Shown: piece after piece, positions 33,301 through 38,079 of the stretch
How positions within the stretch are numbered: position 1 is the first letter of the stretch
Layout: each line of letters begins with the position of its first letter
NCBI GenBank assembly: GCA_002269645.1
Contig: NIVC01000094.1
Span: 1,256,548-1,294,626 of the forward strand
DNA: 38,079 bases
Origin: Macrostomum lignano
Taxonomy: Eukaryota
Reading direction: 5' to 3'
The notes under the pieces: model-generated
Told to the model about the DNA's origin: nothing
Seen by the model: the letters and a program-made list of their open reading frames with translations, nothing else
Database searches by the model: none
Program-made: the position numbers and the translations under genes

Positions 33301-33349
33301 TGAGAACTGACGATGTCAGAGACAATTTGGTCTTGTCTGACATTGCCAT
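7937..33349 (-). CDS. TEP1: Telomerase/vault protein component 1 (TROVE-vWA-DUF4062-NACHT-WD40), 24 coding exons, about 2,930 aa after correcting two apparent 1-nt deletions
   Basis: Exons (minus): 33349-32634, 32182-31374, 30742-30341, 30165-30075, 29898-29540, 28944-28553, 28107-27741, 27653-27463, 26738-26553, 21714-21330, 21092-20932, 20843-20702, 20057-19878, 18939-18310, 16783-16669, 16574-16469, 16084-15515, 14735-14446, 14334-13724, 13423-12641, 12270-11902, 10732-10088, 9431-9285, 8092-7937. All introns are GT-AG and phase-compatible. Recognised motifs: TROVE ([44 protein letters not shown]), DUF4062 ([21 protein letters not shown]), Walker A GQPGCGKT, Walker B IFIDG, ELPYHL, many GH..WD repeats, C-terminal [13 protein letters not shown]. 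The domain order matches TEP1. Confidence 0.95.
8121..9263. repeat. Minisatellite, 32-bp unit gaactagcttccgccttagtaaccactctagt, about 35 copies (TEP1 intron 23)
   Basis: Direct periodicity. Confidence 0.95.
9285..9431 (-). CDS. TEP1: TEP1 exon 23 (WD40)
   Basis: ccttgcag|[10 protein letters not shown]...[14 protein letters not shown]...LER|GTGAGC. Confidence 0.88.
9501..10034. repeat. Minisatellite, 20-bp unit tcatgccatttcagacccca, about 26 copies (intron 22)
   Basis: Direct periodicity. Confidence 0.95.
10088..10732 (-). CDS. TEP1: TEP1 exon 22 (divergent WD40); the acceptor is a best guess
   Basis: tcccgcag|GLPGCLLRL...[10 protein letters not shown]...QLEGFQ|GTGAGG. Alternative in-frame acceptors exist up to about 10815. 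Confidence 0.75.
10936..11887. repeat. Minisatellite, 19-bp then 18-bp unit (tatgggatctgagaaatc), about 52 copies (intron 21)
   Basis: Direct periodicity; the unit changes near 11120. Confidence 0.95.
11902..12270 (-). CDS. TEP1: TEP1 exon 21 (WD40)
   Basis: ctgcag|[35 protein letters not shown]|GTGAGT. Confidence 0.93.
12321..12627. repeat. Minisatellite, 20-bp unit cacccacaccgccaccccat, about 15 copies (intron 20)
   Basis: Direct periodicity. Confidence 0.95.
12641..13423 (-). CDS. TEP1: TEP1 exon 20 (WD40 plus charged low-complexity insert)
   Basis: ccgcag|SILVYD...AHGDWVTSL...[11 protein letters not shown]...[10 protein letters not shown]...GASDDGVVR|GTGAGA. Confidence 0.92.
13452..13701. 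repeat. Minisatellite, 17-bp unit ctcacctgactcattat, about 15 copies (intron 19)
   Basis: Direct periodicity. Confidence 0.95.
13724..14334 (-). CDS. TEP1: TEP1 exon 19 (WD40)
   Basis: ...[12 protein letters not shown]...[12 protein letters not shown]...[15 protein letters not shown]...GANDA|GTGAGT. Confidence 0.93.
14446..14735 (-). CDS. TEP1: TEP1 exon 18 (WD40)
   Basis: [21 protein letters not shown]...LRGHRAAV...[11 protein letters not shown]. Confidence 0.95.
14753..15476. repeat. Minisatellite, 32-bp unit gtgacattgtctaggggtgggtgactagaaga, about 22 copies (intron 17)
   Basis: Direct periodicity. Confidence 0.95.
15515..16084 (-). CDS. TEP1: TEP1 exon 17 (first WD40s)
   Basis: [11 protein letters not shown]...WRNK...[13 protein letters not shown]...[14 protein letters not shown]...LKGHVRRV. 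Confidence 0.95.
16090..16428. repeat. Degenerate minisatellite, about 28-bp unit ggattagcggattagcaggacaagagta (intron 16)
   Basis: Direct periodicity. Confidence 0.9.
16469..16574 (-). CDS. TEP1: TEP1 exon 16
   Basis: ccacag|[38 protein letters not shown]|GTGAGT; phases 1 and 2 fit the neighbouring exons. Confidence 0.85.
16669..16783 (-). CDS. TEP1: TEP1 exon 15
   Basis: cgtcag|[39 protein letters not shown]|GTGAGT (my translation). Confidence 0.88.
16862..18288. repeat. Minisatellite, 21-bp unit acaatctgcaacagcacagct, about 68 copies (intron 14)
   Basis: Direct periodicity, with a 647-bp higher-order duplication. Confidence 0.95.
18310..18939 (-). CDS. TEP1: TEP1 exon 14
   Basis: ccgcag|[25 protein letters not shown]...GLSESEL...LAELPYHL|GTGAGC. 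Confidence 0.95.
18954..19754. repeat. Minisatellite, 15-bp unit agatcaaaggcggtg, about 52 copies (intron 13)
   Basis: Direct periodicity; gcggtt variant block at about 19375-19540. Confidence 0.95.
19878..20057 (-). CDS. TEP1: TEP1 exon 13
   Basis: ccacag|NIVAVITV...[11 protein letters not shown]|GTATG. Confidence 0.94.
20095..20700. repeat. Old degenerate repeat of about 60 bp with core gatacatatcggc (intron 12)
   Basis: The core recurs about 10 times at roughly 55-62 nt spacing; one more copy lies near 21138. Confidence 0.75.
20702..20843 (-). CDS. TEP1: TEP1 exon 12 (NACHT Walker B)
   Basis: tcgcag|G SLVERF...[11 protein letters not shown]...SWLPVPLPE|GTATGC. Confidence 0.94.
20932..21092 (-). 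CDS. TEP1: TEP1 exon 11 (NACHT)
   Basis: tatcag|[38 protein letters not shown]...SF AA|GTGAGT. This is my translation; it is not in the ORF track. Confidence 0.9.
21330..21714 (-). CDS. TEP1: TEP1 exon 10 (NACHT Walker A)
   Basis: ccgcag|...[12 protein letters not shown]...FVGRE...[13 protein letters not shown]|GTGAGT. Confidence 0.95.
21786..26433. repeat. 4.65-kb purine-rich minisatellite, about 21-bp unit gggaagagatgggaaagacag (intron 9)
   Basis: Direct periodicity; source of the 900-1861 aa artefact ORFs. Confidence 0.97.
26553..26738 (-). CDS. TEP1: TEP1 exon 9
   Basis: cgccag|G SITELEM...AFFCLR...WRDWFESE...LLAEL AG|GTTTG. Confidence 0.92.
26764..27461. repeat. Compound (GACA)n-derived repeat with a higher unit of about 70-75 bp containing cactaag/cactaat (intron 8)
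   Basis: Recurrent gacagccactaagacacacactaagacagacacacactaatagacagacagacaccat. Confidence 0.9.
27463..27653 (-). CDS. TEP1: TEP1 exon 8 (DUF4062)
   Basis: atcag|[11 protein letters not shown]...[20 protein letters not shown]...PPG AG|GT. Confidence 0.95.
27741..28107 (-). CDS. TEP1: TEP1 exon 7 (DUF4062 start)
   Basis: [11 protein letters not shown]...[22 protein letters not shown]...VELLE|GTGAGT. Confidence 0.95.
28141..28512. repeat. Minisatellite, 20-bp unit agatctgactcattcgggtt, about 18 copies (intron 6)
   Basis: Direct periodicity. Confidence 0.92.
28553..28944 (-). CDS. TEP1: TEP1 exon 6 (vWA-like)
   Basis: ccgcag|[12 protein letters not shown]...[24 protein letters not shown]|GTGAGT. 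Confidence 0.93.
29050..29436 (-). mobile_element. tRNA-derived SINE with CORE-like central domain in TEP1 intron 5
   Basis: The minus strand reads gtgtagcgttggactcacgacttgaaggtcgggGGTTCGATTCC (B box at 29387-29397), then gtccttaagcaagacacttaactctgcattgcttcagttcacccagctgtaaaatgggt (29304-29365), which resembles the CORE/MIR-type domain. The 3' boundary is approximate. Confidence 0.7.
29058..29087 (+). other. 5S rRNA-like internal-control-region fragment
   Basis: caagttaagcaaagctggccgtggttagta resembles the 5S segment GAAGTTAAGCAGGGTCGGGCCTGGTTAGTA. A related copy lies at 36035-36070. Confidence 0.45.
29540..29898 (-). CDS. TEP1: TEP1 exon 5 (RGG tract, TROVE end)
   Basis: ttcgcag|AG gives phase 1, then EAIAKLAK...[10 protein letters not shown]...[16 protein letters not shown]...GKPRT|GTGAGT. 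Confidence 0.88.
29936..30030. repeat. Short degenerate repeat ctgtgagcacaccgtcaatgaa (intron 4)
   Basis: 4-5 imperfect copies. Confidence 0.75.
30075..30165 (-). CDS. TEP1: TEP1 exon 4 (TROVE)
   Basis: ccgcag|[31 protein letters not shown]|GTGAGT. Confidence 0.93.
30205..30328. repeat. (GACA)n microsatellite with cactaag, related to the intron 8 repeat (intron 3)
   Basis: acagacactaagacactaagacagacagacag... Confidence 0.85.
30341..30742 (-). CDS. TEP1: TEP1 exon 3 (TROVE)
   Basis: ccccag|ISVPSDD...PETWETQVS...[13 protein letters not shown]...RLQDE|GTAAGG. Confidence 0.95.
30801..31360. repeat. Minisatellite, 21-bp unit gggattgtgaatcgggactct (about 18 copies), followed by a degenerate tail (intron 2)
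   Basis: Direct periodicity to about 31185. Confidence 0.92.
31374..32182 (-). CDS. TEP1: TEP1 exon 2: TROVE domain N-part plus RGG tract, with an internal frame break
   Basis: ctcccag|[10 protein letters not shown]...[23 protein letters not shown]...[11 protein letters not shown]. The 3' part reads GRGGRGG...RDLIRQQ|GTGAAT in the -1 frame. Confidence 0.9.
32224..32596. repeat. Minisatellite, 31-bp unit gacataagcgcacctcatgtgtatttcatgt, about 11 copies (intron 1)
   Basis: Direct periodicity (32224, 32255...). Confidence 0.92.
32634..33349 (-). CDS. TEP1: TEP1 exon 1: Ser/Thr/Ala-rich N-terminus, with an internal frame break
   Basis: ATG at 33349 follows tttcag|ccaat. Frame A is open 33349-32801 and frame B is open 33035-32634. 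Frame B ends ANRK|GTGAGA in phase 0, matching exon 2. Confidence 0.7.
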
Positions 33350-33354
33350 ATTGG

Positions 33355-35193
33355 CTGAAAGTGAGCAAGTTAAAAGAAAGTTTACAATTATTAATTAAAC
33401 TTAAAGCTTTCAGAAAAACAGGCAAAAAAGTAGAGAAGGAGGCGAAATTAGATAAAAGTGTGTCTACTTTCTGGAAGAAAGTAAGCAAATAATCATTCGT
33501 ATTGTGTTCGATTTCTAAAAACTGTGCTTGACAAAGAACTATGCCTTGCTGAGACAAAAATAGAAGGTAAACTATGCAAATATAGCAGCATGTGATATGC
33601 ATGTTATGAAAAGAGTGCTAAGCCTATTTTCTATGATAAAAATGATGCATTTATATCCACGCCAGCATTAGACGTAGGAGCGAAGAAAAAGGTAAATGTA
33701 AGTTAAAAAAAAGGTAAATAAAAATGAATAGATTAAACTCAAAACACATTTAATAATTGCTTACCTAGTATGTTTTATAAAAAAATTATAGACTTCAAAA
33801 ATGCGAATTAAAACACTATAAAGCAAAGAAACAGTATATAAGCTTCACTAGGCCTAACTTAATTCTACACAAAAATAAATTGAAACTTCCGACATTTGAT
33901 AAAATATATAAAATATATATTTCTCACTAGAAAACTAAATCTTGTAACGTTGCGCAATATTACTTTTTTTAAATCTGCTTTTACACATACCTATAGTGCA
34001 AAGAACTCTTAGAAACAAATATTTTATTTTCTACTTTGTGTTAAACCTATATTGACAAATGCTTTGCGCAAATTTTGTTTAACTTTTTAATTAAATTTAA
34101 AAAAGGTATTAAACTGATTTTTTTATTTATTAAAAATTCCGAATGATGATCTGCGCGGTCGCAGGCCGCGTATAGTAGTAGTATAATTAATAAATCTAAA
34201 TATACTAAATCTCTAAGGTTTGTATGCTTGCTTGAATGTCCATAACGCTCTAGTAATTACTAAAAATAGTAAGAAATAAAAAGAAACAAAAGTCCTAAAA
34301 ATAAAAAAACTAGAGGTTATGTCACAATAATGAAGACAAAAGTTTGTAGAATAAGATCCTTATATTCACTTTCATTTCACGATGCCTATAATTTGAGATG
34401 GTCATTAAGGGTATCATATTACAAAAGTAAAGACAAAAATTTTGACAACAAGTTGAGCAAAACTCTTTCAATTTTCTATCTGGACACTGTCCTAATTAAT
34501 GTCAGAGATGGTCATCAGAATAAACAGGCAAAGTTGTTAGAGGGTACTGCAGTTGTTGTTCCTGGAAGAAAGCAGTGAAGATATTGGTTTGAAATTTAAT
34601 AGTAATTGAACTATGCACTAGCACATGAAACCCCAAGTTGGCACCCCTCATATTCATTTTACAGTACATTGTTAACAATTTGTCCACTTAGGGTATTGTA
34701 AACAAAAGTGAATATAAGGATTGCACTCTAGTAAGCTACAAGTATGATTTTTTTAATTGGCTATATCTGTTTCAATTTTTATCCTATATCTATTGCCGTA
34801 TTGGGTATCATATAACAAAATTGATGCAAGTAATCAATTAGGCTATAGGTATTGTATGACATAAGAATGCCAATATAAGGCTTATCTCAGTACCCCCTTT
34901 TGGTTCTTAAGGGTCCCTTCACTTTCTTATTTATTTTAAGGTCCATTTCCTATTATCTAGTTATACCATTGCTTTAGCATAGAGCTATAGGCTACTTGAT
35001 TTTTTCTGTATAACTTTAGTATTAAATCACCTTTAATAGTTATAACTGATTTATAAATTATACCATGCTTTTTATAGTCTAAAGCATAATAGAGTTGTTA
35101 CTGTTTGCTAAAAGTTTAATTAAATTATTATAGTAATTCATTCTTATATATTTAGATTAGCTAATATTGCTCATCTTTTTATTGAACTTTCAG
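33355..35193. promoter_or_regulatory. AT-rich intergenic region between divergent TEP1 and AATF; candidate bidirectional promoter / 5' UTR region
   Basis: Head-to-head geometry, strongly AT-rich, no tandem array. No transcription start site can be placed from the sequence alone. Confidence 0.4.
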
Positions 35194-35227
35194 GTATGAT
35201 CAAGCCTAAAAACAGTTACAAGAAGCC

Positions 35228-36589
35228 ATGAAGACAAAAGAGCCATTGGTTGTCAGTTCATCTGCATCTACAGTGTTGAAAGGACTTCATACAAAAAATC
35301 TTATTGGTCAGTTGGATTATGCCTAGTATGTATAATAAATTGAATCTAATTTTTTTGTAATTTGTGGTCTTTATATTTCCTTATACAGCCCATTGGCATG
35401 AGCTGCTGCACATTCGAGTGAAGCTGCAGTCTGTACTTGACATTGTCAATGTGCTCCCAGTTGGACATGTTGATGCTATCGAGTCTCCAGAGCTGAAGGA
35501 CCATGCTAGTAATGGTAAGTTTTCATATTATAAAAAACACTTTTCAACATCCGATTTCTACAGGCCTACTGTTAGTAGCTGAATTAGCCATTCATCACTA
35601 ATTCAACGCAAGCTCTTTCTGACGCGCGCTCGCTCGCCTGTCTGTATGCGCAACGCGTTCTCGGCGCTCCGCTGGACTCCACAGCCGCCGAAGAGGCCGC
35701 TTGGCCGTCCAGCCTGGAGGCTCAACTGGAGGAGCGGCAGCGAGCCCTGCTGGCCTGGCACGAGCCGGTGCTGGCCGACTGGCACGAGCGGGCGTCCTTG
35801 GCCAGCGTAGGCGCGGCGGCGGCATCAATAAGCTGGCTCAGCATCCTGTGCAGCGCTTCAGGTGAGCGGAATCTGCTATGGCTTAAAAACAGCACCCAAT
35901 GCTCTTGTAGAACTCGATAACCACTATAATTAAATAAGACGGTGTACTTTGTTTCTATGAAATTTTTGATGGCTCACTTCCTTTCCTATGTGTACATATT
36001 TTAGAATAGGCTAGCGTATTAGCCGCCAGCTCTGCAAGTTAAGCAGAGTTGGCCGTGGTTAGTATTGATTGCTATGTATCTCTCTGCTCCCTCCTCACCT
36101 GACAGGCCCTTCTGGCTGACCGCGAGCGCCTCATCGCCCGGTCCCGCCTCAACCGGTGCCACCTGCGGCCACTGCGGCTGCCAGGCAGCGACCTGCAGCA
36201 GCCCGCCAGCGAGCCCATGGACACCAGCGACCCGGATGTTGTCGGCGACCAGCCCGAAGCCAAGCTGTCCGATCCGCCTGAGTCCGATTCGCGGATCTAC
36301 GACGACAGCGACCTGTACAAGCTGACTCTGCTGGACTTCGTGCACAGCCGCACTGCCGGCCTTACCGACCGCGGCCGCTCTCGGCCAGGAGTTCGCCCGC
36401 CTGCAGCAGCTCCGCCCGCGGCTGCGCAAGCGGGCGAATGTCGACACTCGGGCGAGTAAAGCGCGCAGACTGCGCTACCTGGAGATGCCCCGACTGGTCG
36501 GCTTCGCCACCGCCTCCGAGCCGCCCGGACAGCTCACTGAAGGCCAGCGGCGCGAACTGTACGCCTCGCTGTTTGGCGGGCCCAAGTAG
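35228..36589 (+). CDS. AATF: AATF/Bfr2 (Che-1/Traube) family protein; exons 35228-35306, 35389-35514, 35613-35861, 36106-36589; contains apparent indels
   Basis: The spliced translation KGLHTKNLI|AHWHELLHIRVKLQSVLDIVNVLP...LADWHERASLAS...ALLADRERLIARSR...IYDDSDLYKLTLLDF...VDTRASKARRLRY...RRELYASLFG matches the AATF-Che1 and TRAUB C-terminal motifs (WDQLLEGRIKLQ, KWHDKTKLAS, IFDDDDFY, VDRKASKGRKLRF, ELYRSLFG in the human protein, recalled from memory). GT-AG sites are present; the start codon is uncertain. Confidence 0.88.
36035..36070 (+). other. 5S rRNA-like fragment in AATF intron 3
   Basis: caagttaagcagagttggccgtggttagtattgatt; shares sequence with 29058-29087. Confidence 0.45.
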
Positions 36590-36607
36590 ACTCGAACTGT
36601 TGCTCCC

Positions 36608-37463
36608 CTTGTTCCCTCAGCTCCCCCTGATCCTTCAGCTCCCCCTGATCCTTCAGCTCCCCAATCCTTCAGCTCCACAATCCTTCAGCTCCCCTGATCC
36701 TTCAGCTCCCCCTGATCCTTCAGCTCCCCCTGATCCTTCAGCTCCCCCAGATCCTTCAGCTCCCCCAGATCCTTCAGCTCCCCCAATCCTTCAGCTCCCC
36801 AATCCTTCAGCTCCCCTGATCCTTCAGCTCCCCTGATCCTTCAGCTCCCCCCATCCTTCAGCTCCCCAATCCTTCAGCTCCCCCCATCCTTCAGCTCCCC
36901 CAATCCTTCAGCTCCCAATCCTTCAGCTCCCCCAATCCTTCAGCTCCCCAATCCTTCAGCTCCCCCCCAATCCTTCAGCTCCCCAACCTTCCATCTCCTG
37001 ATCCTTCAGCTCCCCCAACCTTCCATCTCCTGATCCTTCAGCTCCCCCAACCTTCCATCTCCTGATCCTTCAGCTCCCCAACCTTCCATCTCCTGATCCT
37101 TCAGCTCCCCCAACCTTCCATCTCCTGATCCTTCAGCTCCCCCAACCTTCCATCTCCTGATCCTTCAGCTCCCCCAACCTTCCATCTCCTGATCCTTCAG
37201 CTCCCCCAACCTTCCATCTCCTGATCCTTCAGCTCCCCCAACCTTCCATCTCCTGATCCTTCAGCTCCCCCAACCTTCCATCTCCTGATCCTTCAGCTCC
37301 CCCAACCTTCCATCTCCTGATCCTTCAGCTCCCCCAACCTTCCATCTCCTGATCCTTCAGCTCCCCCAACCTTCCATCTCCTGATCCTTCAGCTCCCCCA
37401 ACCTTCCATCTCCTGATCCTTCAGCTCCCCCAACCTTCCATCTCCTGATCCTTCAGCTCCCCT
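36608..37463. repeat. C-rich minisatellite just after the AATF stop: 17-19-bp ctccccctgatccttcag, then a 32-bp derivative unit
   Basis: Direct periodicity; the unit changes near 36985. Confidence 0.93.
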
Positions 37464-37723
37464 GGTCCTCGCCAGTGTAAACTTGCTTCAGTGTAAAATT
37501 TTGCATGCAAAAAATAAACGAAGCGTTTTGCTTTGCTTTTTAACTGAGCATTTCTAGAAGCATTCGGCCCGCCGCTGTCTTAAAACTCGCAAAAAATTCC
37601 TTTTTTTCAGTTTACTTGAAGGTCCTTTCGAAAATGCCGCGATCAGATTTGAATATCGTTTAGATTTTTATTTAGATTAGGCACAGCTCAACCAAAGGTG
37701 CTGGGGTCATTAATACGAGCTGG

Positions 37724-38079
37724 GAAGAGAGCGGAAGTAGAGACGTGAAATGGAAGTAGATGGAAGTGAAATGGAAGTAGATGGAACGTGAAATGGAAGT
37801 AGATGGACGTAAAGCGGAAGTAGATGGAAGTGAAGCGAAGTAGATGGAAGTGAATGGAAGTAGAGGACGTGAAATGGAAGTAGATGGACGTGAAATGGAA
37901 GTAGATGGAGTGAATGGAAGTAGAGGACGTAAAAATGGAAGTGAAGCGAAGTAGATGGAAGTGAAATGGAAGTAGAGGGACGTGAAATGGAAGTAGATGG
38001 ACGTAAAGCGGAAGTAGATGAAGTGAAGCGAAGTAGATGGAAGTGAAATGGAAGTAGAGGACGTGAAATGGAAGTAGAT
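37724..38079. repeat. Purine-rich minisatellite, about 21-bp gtgaaatggaagtagatggaa, running off the window end
   Basis: Imperfect direct periodicity. Confidence 0.9.

Noticed and set aside
33294-34687. Short AT-rich ORFs in the TEP1-AATF spacer
   Set aside because: No motifs, and their composition is unlike the coding exons.

Overview
This window is eukaryotic (animal) genomic DNA with GC-rich spliced exons and minisatellite-filled introns. That style is reminiscent of the flatworm Macrostomum, which is an inference only. Most of the window (7937-33349, minus strand) is a 24-exon TEP1 gene (telomerase/vault protein component 1: TROVE, vWA-like, DUF4062, NACHT, WD40; about 2,930 aa). I traced the exons by hand and all intron phases are consistent, provided two apparent 1-nt deletions in exons 1 and 2 are corrected. 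A 4-exon AATF/Bfr2 gene lies head-to-head on the plus strand (about 35228-36589) and also carries indels. Two orphan four-TM genes lie downstream on the minus strand. There is also a TA-flanked MITE and a tRNA/CORE-type SINE carrying an antisense 5S-like piece. The most striking structure is that almost every long intron is filled nearly edge to edge by its own unrelated tandem array (15-34 bp units). One array is a tandem run of CAG|GTGAG splice-site motifs, and two arrays are clusters of TGACTCA. The very long ORFs in the track are repeat artefacts. No CRISPR array, rRNA gene or intact tRNA gene was found.
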